Positions 37,342 to 46,505 of a DNA stretch of 64,000 bases are shown piece by piece. The DNA is taken from assembly GCA_035533875.1 (NCBI GenBank), contig DATLSZ010000038.1, positions 355 through 64,354 of the forward strand, read 5' to 3'. How positions within the stretch are numbered: position 1 is the stretch's first letter; every line of letters begins with the position of its first letter. This stretch comes from Candidatus Acidiferrales bacterium (GTDB taxonomy: Bacteria; Patescibacteriota; Microgenomatia; Levybacterales; UBA12049). The translations under genes were made by a program, and so were the position numbers. The notes under the pieces are model-generated. The model worked only from the letters and a program-made list of their open reading frames with translations, was not told where the DNA came from and ran no database searches.

Positions 37342-38603
37342 ATTTTTCCGATATCTTTGCGGAATTGCATGCCGGGGAAATGGATGCCTTTTTTGCCGAT
37401 CTGTTTGTAGGCCTTCTTCAGCGCTTCATCAAGGGTTTTTCCCGTCGCAGTTATTCCGACAACCCGTCCGCCATTGGTGACGACATTGCCATCGACTTCT
37501 TTTGTTCCCAAATGCATCACGACAACATCATCCGGTACGTTCTCAAGTCCGCTAATGATGTCGCCTTTGTGGGAACTTGCAGGATAGCCGGCTGAGGCAA
37601 GGATAATACAGCAGGCGAATCTCTTTGCCCATGTGACGATAATTTTGTCCAATGTTCCGTCAACACAGGCGTATAAAAATTCGTAAAGATCACTATCCAA
37701 TAGCCGCATGTAGGACTCAAATTCCGGATCACCAAAGCGAGAGTTGAACTCGACGACTTTGGGCCCATCTTTGGTCATCATGAGTCCCGGATAGAGACAG
37801 CCGACAAAAGGCATCCCGCGTTTTTTCAATTCTCGTATTGCTGGCAGTACTATTTTTTCTTTGATTTCTTCCAGTTGTTTCTTGCTGACCTCAGAAAGCG
37901 GGGCGATCGTACCCATGCCGCCAGTATTGGGACCTTTATTGCCGTCATAGATTGGCTTGTGATCACGGGACGTGGGGAACATGACAACATGGTCGCCATC
38001 GGAAAATGCATGGATTGAGACTTCCTTTCCAGTCATGAACTCTTCAATGACTATTTCATCACCGGCATTGCCAAAGATTTTGTTGATCATCGCATCATCA
38101 ACTGCCGCAAGCGCTTCATCAAGTGTTTGTGCAACGACAACACCTTTGCCGAGCGCAAGCCCGCTCGCTTTGATCACAATCGGCGCGCCGTGCTTTTTCA
38201 CATACGCTTTTGCTTTTTTGGCATCGGTAAATGTTTCATATTTTGCTGTCGGGATATTTGCGTCTTTCATGAGCTGCTTGGCAAATGCTTTGGAAGATTC
38301 TATTTGTGCTGCTTCTTTTGTTGCTCCGAAGATTTTGAGTCCTGCTTTTTGAAACGCATTAACAATACCGGCAGCAAGAATATCATCGGGACCTGCTACC
38401 GTTAGATCGATCTTATTCTTTTTGGCAAAGGCAATTTGTGTCTCAAAATCCGTTGCGGGGATGTTTGTATTTATTCCAATAGTAGCAGTGCCAGGATTGC
38501 CGGGCGCAAAATAAATCTTGCCGACCTGAGGTGACTTGGCAAGTCTCCAGCCGAGTGCGTGCTCACGCCCGCCGGAGGCAATAATTAGAATATTTTTCTT
38601 CAT
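37338..38603 (-). CDS. purD: Phosphoribosylamine-glycine ligase (GAR synthetase)
   Basis: ILIIASGGREHAL N-terminus, ATP-grasp core and EFNSRFGDPE. Confidence 0.92.
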   Translation of the reverse strand: MKKNILIIASGGREHALGWRLAKSPQVGKIYFAPGNPGTATIGINTNIPATDFETQIAFAKKNKIDLTVAGPDDILAAGIVNAFQKAGLKIFGATKEAAQIESSKAFAKQLMKDANIPTAKYETFTDAKKAKAYVKKHGAPIVIKASGLALGKGVVVAQTLDEALAAVDDAMINKIFGNAGDEIVIEEFMTGKEVSIHAFSDGDHVVMFPTSRDHKPIYDGNKGPNTGGMGTIAPLSEVSKKQLEEIKEKIVLPAIRELKKRGMPFVGCLYPGLMMTKDGPKVVEFNSRFGDPEFESYMRLLDSDLYEFLYACVDGTLDKIIVTWAKRFACCIILASAGYPASSHKGDIISGLENVPDDVVVMHLGTKEVDGNVVTNGGRVVGITATGKTLDEALKKAYKQIGKKGIHFPGMQFRKDIGKI

Positions 38604-38608
38604 TAGAA

Positions 38609-38701
38609 AGTATTAAGTATGAAGTATAAAGTATAAAGTATAAAAAATCTATAAATAAATTAAATAAAATACTTAATACCTGATACTAAATACTTTATAC
38701 T
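38609..38701. repeat. Stuttering inverted repeat of (A)GTAT(A/T)AA words
   Basis: Left arm AGTATTAAGTATGAAGTATAAAGTATAAAGTATAAA. Right arm ATACTTAATACCTGATACTAAATACTTTATACT. Lies between purD and purF-N. Confidence 0.75.
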
Positions 38702-40826
38702 ATTTCCCCCATGGGAAGGTGCCGCGGCTTACATCAATTCCGGATCGTAGCACATGCAGGACTCGTTTGACAGCAGTTGGTAAGAAGAGATATTCTGTTT
38801 CACGGATTCTTTTTTCCCAACTTTCCGATGTGTCATCTGGATGACGGTGGACCTCCGCTTTAAGGACAACTGGACCGACGTCAAATTCGTTATCAGGCAG
38901 TATCTGATGGACAGTAAATCCCGAAACTGGGAGGCCTTGCGTAAACGGATCCGTTATGACATGAGCTCCGCGAAAAACAGGGATAATACCTTGAGAGGTT
39001 TTGATGATCTTTGCGTCATCGGAAGAGAGCAGTGCAGGATGCTGATTGATGACCGGAATTTCTTGAGCTTGTGCTTCTTTAAGGAACGTATCTCCAAAAA
39101 TAAAATTCCAGCCTGCAAGCTGGATAAGATCTGGTTTTACTTTGTTGATATGTTGCATCAATTGCTCTTCGTAGTGCATCCTCTCAGTTTTATCTGTTCG
39201 CTTTCCTTGGTAGGGAAGAACAAAGGTCGGGATCTTGTGTTTCTTCGCGCGGGTTAATCCATAAGCATCCGGATTGTTGGAGACGACACTGACGATTTGA
39301 GCGTCCAGATCTCCGCTTTCTATTGCGTCAATCATCACTTGCAGGTTGGTGCCACTTCCTGAGATAAAGATACTGATTTTTGGTTTGCCAGTAATTTTAT
39401 GTTTCTTTTTGGGAAATTCTTCCTGTTTGCCTCTGATCGGGTGTGGTCCGCCAAACGGAGTCCAGTAAAAATCTTTTGGTTTGCCGCCAAACGCTTTTGT
39501 TGTTTCTTCGATGGGTAAATAAACCACGGCATCTGCTTTGACATGATCGGCAACTTTTTGCTCGATGACATCAAACGGCTCTTTTTCAAATTTTGCTGCT
39601 GGTAATTCATTTTTTGCTCGCATATCTATTCCCAGGTCACATTGATCAACGACCGGCGGACTGGCAAAGGCAATAAATATTTCTTTGACACCTGCTTCAC
39701 GGAATTTTTTTACCAACGCAGTACTTGTCGTTAATCTGACGCCAGAATCATCAACGATAACAACTTTTTTGCCTCTGATTTCATCGGGGACGATGTTGTG
39801 CTTGCCGTTGACTGCGGTAATCCGATTGTTTTGTCCGGGCTGGATAAAAGTCCGTCCGACATAATGGCTTGTGGTGATGGCATCAACCATTGGTATCCCA
39901 AGTTCATGCGCTACTCCTTTGGCAGCAGGATATCCGGAATCAAATGTCGGAACGACGACATCAGGTATAATTCCTTTTTCTTTCATTCGCTTTCCTAGCA
40001 AGTGTCCTGATGCTTCACGTCCCGCGCGGATTCTTATGCCATTGACAAAACTGTCAGGCCTGTCGAAATAGACACATTCGAAGAGGCAGTATTGTGGACG
40101 TTTGGGTTCACCGAAAAAGAATGAAGTTAGCTGACCCTTTTTGTTTATTCTAATAATTTCTCCAGGTTTTACTTCGCGAATAAAATCGGCGCCGATTGCA
40201 TCAATCGCCGCTGACTCGGATGCGATGATCCATCCATTCTCAAACTGTCCCAAACAAAGCGGGCGGATCCCATAAGGATCTCTGACGCCGAAGATTGATC
40301 CATTATTGGTAAGTATTGTCAGTGAATACGCGCCGTTAAATTGCGGAAGGACATCCATAAGTGTATCAACCCAGTTTTTATGATTTTTTCTTTCTTTATG
40401 GATCAGCGCTGTCATCAGCTCGGTATCACCAGAAGCGGCAAATCTGCTGCTTAGCTGGTGTCTGATATTTGAGACAGTGGGAATATTGCCGTTATGTCCA
40501 AGACTCAGCTGGTATTTCCCGTGCAGCATAGCTATCGGTTGCGCGTTGCCTTCATGTGATCCTCCAAATGTCGCATAGCGGTTTTGTGCTATAGCTGTGT
40601 GTCCCGGACCTAATTTTTTCAATACACTCTCGGTGAGTACGTGAGGAACAAGTCCCATTTTTTTGTAGGTGGATATTTTACCGTCGGGATTGAGTACGCT
40701 TAAGCCAGCACTCTCTTGCCCTCGATGCTGCAGTGATGCCGAAGCTCTTCTTGCTATGTATGGAGCGGTATCGTCAGCAGACCAAACTCCGACGACTCCG
40801 CATTTTTCTCTCAGATACGTTTTCAT
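38700..40826 (-). CDS. purF: Amidophosphoribosyltransferase fused to GAR transformylase (PurF-PurN fusion)
   Basis: The N-terminus has the MCGVVG-type Ntn Cys (KCGVVGV) and a PRT domain. The C-terminal 200 aa has ISIFISGSGTNLQ and INQHPALL of PurN. Confidence 0.88.
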   Translation of the reverse strand: MKTYLREKCGVVGVWSADDTAPYIARRASASLQHRGQESAGLSVLNPDGKISTYKKMGLVPHVLTESVLKKLGPGHTAIAQNRYATFGGSHEGNAQPIAMLHGKYQLSLGHNGNIPTVSNIRHQLSSRFAASGDTELMTALIHKERKNHKNWVDTLMDVLPQFNGAYSLTILTNNGSIFGVRDPYGIRPLCLGQFENGWIIASESAAIDAIGADFIREVKPGEIIRINKKGQLTSFFFGEPKRPQYCLFECVYFDRPDSFVNGIRIRAGREASGHLLGKRMKEKGIIPDVVVPTFDSGYPAAKGVAHELGIPMVDAITTSHYVGRTFIQPGQNNRITAVNGKHNIVPDEIRGKKVVIVDDSGVRLTTSTALVKKFREAGVKEIFIAFASPPVVDQCDLGIDMRAKNELPAAKFEKEPFDVIEQKVADHVKADAVVYLPIEETTKAFGGKPKDFYWTPFGGPHPIRGKQEEFPKKKHKITGKPKISIFISGSGTNLQVMIDAIESGDLDAQIVSVVSNNPDAYGLTRAKKHKIPTFVLPYQGKRTDKTERMHYEEQLMQHINKVKPDLIQLAGWNFIFGDTFLKEAQAQEIPVINQHPALLSSDDAKIIKTSQGIIPVFRGAHVITDPFTQGLPVSGFTVHQILPDNEFDVGPVVLKAEVHRHPDDTSESWEKRIRETEYLFLPTAVKRVLHVLRSGIDVSRGTFPWGK

Positions 40827-40838
40827 ACGAATAATTAC

Positions 40839-40876
40839 TCCGAATCGATCCGAATATAATTGCCTTTGTATTCGGA
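40839..40876 (-). promoter_or_regulatory. 5'-UTR hairpin with a competing second arm overlapping the purF Shine-Dalgarno
   Basis: On the minus-strand RNA, AUCCGAAUA pairs with UAUUCGGAU (9 bp). A second AUUCGGA copy overlaps GGAG 11 nt upstream of the AUG. Confidence 0.35.
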
Positions 40877-40931
40877 TTAATTTGGACTAATTATCGAACT
40901 CACTCGTACCTCGCCATGTCATTGTAAAGAT

Positions 40932-40955
40932 CAAAAAACCCGCAGTTATGCGGGT
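40932..40955 (-). terminator. Intrinsic terminator (minus strand)
   Basis: ACCCGCA-UAAC-UGCGGGU followed by UUUUUU on the minus strand. There is no U-run on the plus strand. Confidence 0.7.
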
Positions 40956-41018
40956 ACGAAAAAATCGACTACAAGTAACTTACTATTTAAAGCGAAAAGA
41001 CAAGCCATGAACAAGAGC
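40932..41018 (-). ncRNA. Candidate ~87-nt leader RNA / sRNA upstream of the pur operon
   Basis: Bounded by a perfect consensus promoter (41025-41053) and the intrinsic terminator. Contains a 20-codon ORF (41008-40946) with no SD. Confidence 0.45.
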
Positions 41019-41024
41019 AATCTA

Positions 41025-41053
41025 ATTATAGGTTGCTTTTACAGCAGTGTCAA
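41025..41053 (-). promoter_or_regulatory. Consensus sigma70 promoter (minus strand)
   Basis: TTGACA (41053-41048), exactly 17 nt, TATAAT (41030-41025). Confidence 0.7.
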
Positions 41054-41098
41054 GTAGCTGTATTAAAGGGATTATTTTATGAGGTATACTATAATTAA

Positions 41099-41449
41099 AT
41101 GAAAACTGTCCTGAGAAATATCATCGCTGTTGTTGTTCTTATTGCAGTTGTGTATTTTGTTACCAATTATGCTGGACAGATCCAAGCGCAAGTCGGCGTG
41201 AAAGGAGCAAGTACCAGTAGAGCACAAGAAATAGCGGGAAAAATTGGATCGGATGTCGGTTCTCAAGTCGCATCTGCCGAACAACAGCTATTGCAAATCA
41301 AAGTTTCCGATATTATCAATGGATTATCGCGATTCCAAAGAATTCCTCAGGATGCAACGAACATAAAAAGTTATGTCCAGGATCAGGTAAATAATGTGTT
41401 AGAATCGAGAAATGTCCGTGGAACTACGCGGAACAAGACACAGAACTAA
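41099..41449 (+). CDS. Small membrane-anchored hypothetical protein
   Basis: N-terminal TM segment IIAVVVLIAVVYFV. TATACT/TATAAT lies immediately upstream of the ATG (possibly leaderless). Confidence 0.55.
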   Translation: MKTVLRNIIAVVVLIAVVYFVTNYAGQIQAQVGVKGASTSRAQEIAGKIGSDVGSQVASAEQQLLQIKVSDIINGLSRFQRIPQDATNIKSYVQDQVNNVLESRNVRGTTRNKTQN

Positions 41450-41470
41450 GTGGAAAAAGAGGTCTAATAT

Positions 41471-42493
41471 ATGAATATTGATGAATTGAAAGAAAAAGCA
41501 GCAAAATTAGTAGAAAAAGTCGGTGTCGATGAGAAGCGGAAAAAGATCCGAGAGCTTGAGGCTGCAAGTATGAAGCCGGATTTTTGGGATAATCATCAGA
41601 CAGCGGCTGAACAAATGAAAGAGCTTGCAGCTCTCCAAAAAGAAGTAGAGGAAGTAGAGCTACTACAGCTCTGGATGGAAGAAGGCGAGTATGAAGAAGC
41701 TGAGAAATTACTAAAGCGTTTGGAACTTTTGTTATTCTTTGCATCACCGCATGATAAAGCAAATGCGATTTTTGCAATTCACTCTGGACAAGGAGGAACT
41801 GAAGCGATGGATTGGACTGAAATGCTTTTCAGGATGTACACAAGGTATTTTGAAAAGAAGGGGTGGTCATATGAGATACTCGATGAAACTCCCGGTGAGG
41901 AAGCAGGTCTTAAGAGTATTACGTTATCGGTAGAAGGGAAATATGCGTTCGGTAATTTGAAGCACGAAGCCGGCGTTCATCGTTTGGTCCGGTTGTCACC
42001 ATTTAACGCGGATAATTTGCGTCAGACTTCTTTTGCGATGGTTGAAGTGTTACCGGAAGTCACGCAAGATACAGGAGATATTGCAATAAAGGATGATGAT
42101 ATTGAGTTTGAAGCATATCGGTCCGGAGGCCATGGTGGGCAAAATGTGAATAAAGTTTCAACTGCGGTTCGATTGAAGCATAAGCCGACCGGTATCGTCG
42201 TCACCGCGCAGACGCAGCGGTATCAAGGGCAAAATAGGGAATTTGCAATGAAGTTATTAAAGGCGAAATTATGGGCGATCAAAGAAGAAGAGCGGAAAAA
42301 GGAAGAAGCCAAATTAAAAGGCGGATACAAGACGCCTGGCTGGGGCAATCAGATCAGGTCCTACGTGCTTCACCCATATCGCATGGTAAAGGATTTGCGG
42401 ACCGGTGTTGAGACAGGCAACACGGATGCAGTCCTCAACGGAGATTTGGATCAATTTATTGAAGAAGAACTGCGTGCTCTCGCGACCCCGTAA
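41471..42493 (+). CDS. prfB: Peptide chain release factor 2
   Basis: SPF tripeptide (RLSPFN) and GGQ motif ([12 protein letters not shown]). Single uninterrupted frame. Confidence 0.92.
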   Translation: MNIDELKEKAAKLVEKVGVDEKRKKIRELEAASMKPDFWDNHQTAAEQMKELAALQKEVEEVELLQLWMEEGEYEEAEKLLKRLELLLFFASPHDKANAIFAIHSGQGGTEAMDWTEMLFRMYTRYFEKKGWSYEILDETPGEEAGLKSITLSVEGKYAFGNLKHEAGVHRLVRLSPFNADNLRQTSFAMVEVLPEVTQDTGDIAIKDDDIEFEAYRSGGHGGQNVNKVSTAVRLKHKPTGIVVTAQTQRYQGQNREFAMKLLKAKLWAIKEEERKKEEAKLKGGYKTPGWGNQIRSYVLHPYRMVKDLRTGVETGNTDAVLNGDLDQFIEEELRALATP

Positions 42494-42502
42494 TTTTTAT
42501 TT

Positions 42503-43867
42503 ATGCAGAGAAACTCATACGAATTTCCTATATCTCCATTGCTAAGCGAGCTGGTGTATGGATCTTACTTGAGCGCTAAAAAATATCTCACGGGATATGA
42601 TGCCGATACTCGAACTATCTCGCTAACTCAGACGTTATTGAAAGAATTATCTGTTTCTTTTGAACAGTGGCCGCGAGTAACTGTGACAGGTAGTAAAGGA
42701 AAGGGTTCGACTGCTGTTTTTTTGGCAAGTATTCTTTCAGCCAGTGGAGAAAAAGTCGGTCTTATTACCAGTCCTCATTTGCGTCGATTTAATGAACGCA
42801 TCCGTATTGACGGAACATGTGTTTCAGATGAAGAACTAGAGGAAGCTGCAAGAGATATCGCTCCGGCAGTACGTTCTCTTATTGCAACAATCCATCCGCC
42901 AAAATATCTTGGTCCGGGTGGCATTGTCCTGGCTTTGGCTGCGAAACTATTTATAAAACATAACGTCACCTCGGTCATCGTTGAAGCAGGTCGCGGCGGG
43001 GAATATGACGAGTCGCGTTTGATAGAAGCAAATATTTCGATCATAACGCCCATTATGCTTAAACATGCTGCGAGAATTGGACCACATCTTACTGATATTG
43101 CACGAACAAAGGTACGCATTACTCATCCGCAGAACGTTATTATTACTGCGCCGCAAAAACTGGCTGTACAAAAGGTTATTACGTCGGTTGCTCGTGAATT
43201 CTCCTCACCTGTTCTTCAAGTCGGTAAAACAATCAGGATTATGCACAAAAGACAAACCCTCGATGCGACATACGCTGATTTTTTTGGCGAGGGATTTACC
43301 TATAACAACCTTTCTCTTTCTCTGTTAGGTTCATATCAGACAGAAAATGCTGCCGCTGCTGTTTTAGCTGGTCGTATCCTCACACAGTTTGGCGCAACAT
43401 GTACCAAAGAAGGAATCTATCAAGGACTGAGACAAGTCAGATGGCCCGGGCGATGTCAACTTGTGCAGAAAATTCCTTGGGTACTTCTTGATGGGGCAAT
43501 TAATAAAATGTCAGCAACAGAAATAATCCAGATCATCAAAAAACTGCCGGCTAAACGTATCACTGCAGTTCTCGCTATTCATAGAGCGCAAGATCTGGCA
43601 AGTGTCTGTTCGATACTTGCAAATGTAGTTGACAATATCATTCTTACGGAAGTTCATACCACGTCACTTGAATGGGATAAAACAGATTTGATAAAGAGTA
43701 CTTCAAAATATTTCAAGAACCCTCTCTATATATCGGATGTGAACGATGCATTCAATTACATTAAAAACACTATCAAGAAAGATGACGGTGTAGTACTCTT
43801 AGGTCATCAATCGTTCGTCGGGGAAGCCTTGTCATATTGGAATATCGATTCCTGTAGGCTGTGGTAA
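42503..43867 (+). CDS. folC: Folylpolyglutamate synthase / dihydrofolate synthase (Mur-ligase family)
   Basis: P-loop VTGSKGKGST and Mur-ligase central and C-terminal layout. Confidence 0.8.
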   Translation: MQRNSYEFPISPLLSELVYGSYLSAKKYLTGYDADTRTISLTQTLLKELSVSFEQWPRVTVTGSKGKGSTAVFLASILSASGEKVGLITSPHLRRFNERIRIDGTCVSDEELEEAARDIAPAVRSLIATIHPPKYLGPGGIVLALAAKLFIKHNVTSVIVEAGRGGEYDESRLIEANISIITPIMLKHAARIGPHLTDIARTKVRITHPQNVIITAPQKLAVQKVITSVAREFSSPVLQVGKTIRIMHKRQTLDATYADFFGEGFTYNNLSLSLLGSYQTENAAAAVLAGRILTQFGATCTKEGIYQGLRQVRWPGRCQLVQKIPWVLLDGAINKMSATEIIQIIKKLPAKRITAVLAIHRAQDLASVCSILANVVDNIILTEVHTTSLEWDKTDLIKSTSKYFKNPLYISDVNDAFNYIKNTIKKDDGVVLLGHQSFVGEALSYWNIDSCRLW

Positions 43868-43869
43868 CG

Positions 43870-44613
43870 TTATTTTCCTTTTTCCCATTTTACGGAATTC
43901 AGCAGTGGTTCGAAAAGATCATCTTTGGTATCAATTTGCAGATCCTTAATTTCTTTTTCAGTAGGAACATGGCTTTGGAATTGCACAAAATTAATGTCTT
44001 CAATAACAGCAAGGGGTTGTTGCTCATTGCCTTCGCCAGTAACTACTGTTGCAACTGTTGCGAGACTATCTACAATACTTGTTTTCTCTGTTTGCATAAT
44101 CTGTCCATAAATATCAGGTTCTCCGATATAGTTTTTTAAAGGTTCAAATCCGCACCAAGAGAGTGAGATACCGGTAACTCCCCAACGAAGGGGTGTAGTT
44201 CTGCTGTCGGTAACAATCACTCCGAGATTTTGTATCTTATGTTTCTTTCGTAGATACTTCCAGATATGGTTTGTTATCTGCTGTAAATTTTTAGGCCAGA
44301 GGATAAAGTATCCATCGCCATTTGACTCATCAATGCCACCACTGGCTGTCAACGTATGATTCTTGATGCTAATTATTTGGTTATACGTCATTTTATAGTC
44401 ATTTCCCAAATAGTAATCTGTTTCGTGCGGGATAAGATCGCGTTTTTCCAATCCGTTTTCTTTTTTGATAACATCTTTTTGACAGAAAGAAATGATTTTT
44501 GACGCTATCGCAACGACTGATCCGTCAGATAGTTTTGGAAGATACCGATCAAGGATTTCATAGATATCTTCGCCGACTGTTATTTTATGGGTTTTGTATG
44601 CGGTTACTTTCAT
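43870..44613 (-). CDS. CofE-like gamma-glutamyl ligase family protein (F420-0:glutamate ligase fold)
   Basis: VVAIASKIISFCQ, GGIDESNG and IVTDSRTTPLRWG resemble PF01996-type ligases. Last gene of the folate operon. Confidence 0.65.
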   Translation of the reverse strand: MKVTAYKTHKITVGEDIYEILDRYLPKLSDGSVVAIASKIISFCQKDVIKKENGLEKRDLIPHETDYYLGNDYKMTYNQIISIKNHTLTASGGIDESNGDGYFILWPKNLQQITNHIWKYLRKKHKIQNLGVIVTDSRTTPLRWGVTGISLSWCGFEPLKNYIGEPDIYGQIMQTEKTSIVDSLATVATVVTGEGNEQQPLAVIEDINFVQFQSHVPTEKEIKDLQIDTKDDLFEPLLNSVKWEKGK

Positions 44614-44618
44614 TGAAA

Positions 44619-46505
44619 TTATGAATTACTGTCTTTACCCTGTTTGGATAAATCAATATACAACTCTTTTATCGTTTTTTGAAAAATTGGATGAACAAAT
44701 TCGGGATCGATATCCGTAAACGGTTTCAATACAAATTCCCGTTCAGAGATGCGCGGATGCGGAATGATCAAATTGACACTTTCATAGACCAGCTGGTCAT
44801 AAAAAAGGATATCAATATCTATTTCACGGGGACCATTCAGAAACCGTTCTTGTCTCCCCAGTTCCCGTTCGGCATTTTTTACAAACGCAAATAATTGCTG
44901 CGGCAACAACTGAGTTTGTCCTTTGATGACGGTATTGATGAACAGATCCTGATCTTCGTGGTACATGGGTTTGGTCTCATACAGTTTGGCGGACTTAATT
45001 TCATGCAGATGCTTTTCAAGAGCAACGACTGCTTGTTTGATATTGTGTTTTTTATTGCCGACGTTGGAACCAAGAGCGAGAAATACGGTGTGCATAGGCG
45101 TAGTATACACTGCTTTATCGATCGATTCCAGGAGTGCTTTTGCTTTGAGAAGTGTCTCATCAAACTCCAGTTGCGGAACTGAATCCATCAGAATTGCGCC
45201 GCCTGTTCCGATAGAAAGTTCGTTATTTTTTGTGATGATTGTCCGGATGATGATGTTAAGCGCTGCTGTTTGGTTGAAACTAAGAAATCCAAGTGATCCT
45301 GCATATATTCCTCGGGCTTTTTTCTCAAGCGATTCAAGGATTTCCATCGTGCGCAATTTCGGGGCGCCGGTCATAGAGCCTCCCGGGAAGCATGCATTGA
45401 TACAGTCAATAACCGATACCTCATCGCGTAGTTTGCCCTCGATTGTTGAAACCAGCTGGTGAACTGTTTGATACGATTCAATCGCCATCCGTTTTGTTAA
45501 TTTCACCGACCCGAACTTACAGACTTTCCCCAAGTCATTACGCAGTAGATCTATAATCATCGCATTCTCAGACCAGTCTTTTTTACTGTTTTTAAGTTGC
45601 TGTTTCAGTTTTTTATCTTCTGCAATTGAATGGCCCCGCCTTATTGTGCCTTTGATGGGTTTTGTCCGGACATTTTTATTCTGGTCTATTGTGAGGAATT
45701 GTTCCGGAGACGAGCAGAGAACAGCAAGATCGTTGTGCCTAAAATAGGCAGCATACGGTGCCGGGTTTTCATTTCTCAAAATCTTGTACAGCGTAAGCGG
45801 ATCGGTATTGCGTTTGGCAGTAATGGTATTGGTCAGACAGATTTGATAACTTTCACCTCTTCTTAAATATTCTTTGCAGGTTTCTATATCGTTGAGGTAT
45901 TGTTGACGAGACCGGGCAAAAATGAAGTCTTGGTTTTTGGCAAATTTTTTTGAGACAGCATCATGCGAATTGTGATTTTTCCGCATGGATATTAGTTTTT
46001 TTTCTATTACTTCAAACCACACATCTGCTTCGTGTTTGTCTTTTGCCAAACAAACGAGATACATGTGTTCTTCTTTATGATCAAACGCGATGAATTTATT
46101 GATCAAGAACCAAAGACTATCAGGATACAGAGATTGGAATTGAGTTTTTGCACCGGTGAGTTCTTTCAGTTCATACCCAAAATATCCGACTAAGCCGCCG
46201 ATAAAAGGAAAAGGGAGCTTGTCAGATATAATTGTGTGCTTCTTTAGTTTAGTTTCCAAAAAATGAAAGATGTCCTGAGTAACAAGTTTGGTTCGCTTAT
46301 TGGTTTGGATCGTTATGCTGGATTGCTTAAGCATATACGAGTAGATTTCTTGAGGTTCTGCGCCCATGTAGGAAAAGCGGTTGTCGTTGTTGGTGAGACT
46401 GCTGTCAAGCCAGAAACTGTCAGTTTCTTCTTTAAAAAGTGTATCAAATACAAGCTCCGGATCAGACCACTCGGTAAGTTTTTTATAAAATAGTTTATTA
46501 TGCAT
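44619..46505 (-). CDS. pabB: Aminodeoxychorismate synthase component I fused to HPPK (PabB-FolK fusion)
   Basis: Chorismate-binding motif FPGGSMTGAPK. The C-terminal 160 aa (VFLALGSNVG...REIDIDILFY...IPHPR) is HPPK. Start ATG at 46505 overlaps the pabC stop. Confidence 0.85.
   Translation of the reverse strand: MHNKLFYKKLTEWSDPELVFDTLFKEETDSFWLDSSLTNNDNRFSYMGAEPQEIYSYMLKQSSITIQTNKRTKLVTQDIFHFLETKLKKHTIISDKLPFPFIGGLVGYFGYELKELTGAKTQFQSLYPDSLWFLINKFIAFDHKEEHMYLVCLAKDKHEADVWFEVIEKKLISMRKNHNSHDAVSKKFAKNQDFIFARSRQQYLNDIETCKEYLRRGESYQICLTNTITAKRNTDPLTLYKILRNENPAPYAAYFRHNDLAVLCSSPEQFLTIDQNKNVRTKPIKGTIRRGHSIAEDKKLKQQLKNSKKDWSENAMIIDLLRNDLGKVCKFGSVKLTKRMAIESYQTVHQLVSTIEGKLRDEVSVIDCINACFPGGSMTGAPKLRTMEILESLEKKARGIYAGSLGFLSFNQTAALNIIIRTIITKNNELSIGTGGAILMDSVPQLEFDETLLKAKALLESIDKAVYTTPMHTVFLALGSNVGNKKHNIKQAVVALEKHLHEIKSAKLYETKPMYHEDQDLFINTVIKGQTQLLPQQLFAFVKNAERELGRQERFLNGPREIDIDILFYDQLVYESVNLIIPHPRISEREFVLKPFTDIDPEFVHPIFQKTIKELYIDLSKQGKDSNS

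Noticed and set aside
38609-38701. The short repeated words (GTATAAA, GTATCA, CCGAAT, TTGAAAAT) might indicate a CRISPR array
   Set aside because: The units are 6-9 nt with 2-4-nt spacers and are arranged as inverted arms. There are no 25-40-nt repeats separated by unique spacers and no cas genes.
40827-41018. A purine (guanine/adenine), ZTP or PRPP riboswitch upstream of purF
   Set aside because: I could not find the conserved junction sequences of these classes as I remember them. The leader before the terminator is only about 60 nt. The Infernal check is left for a follow-up.
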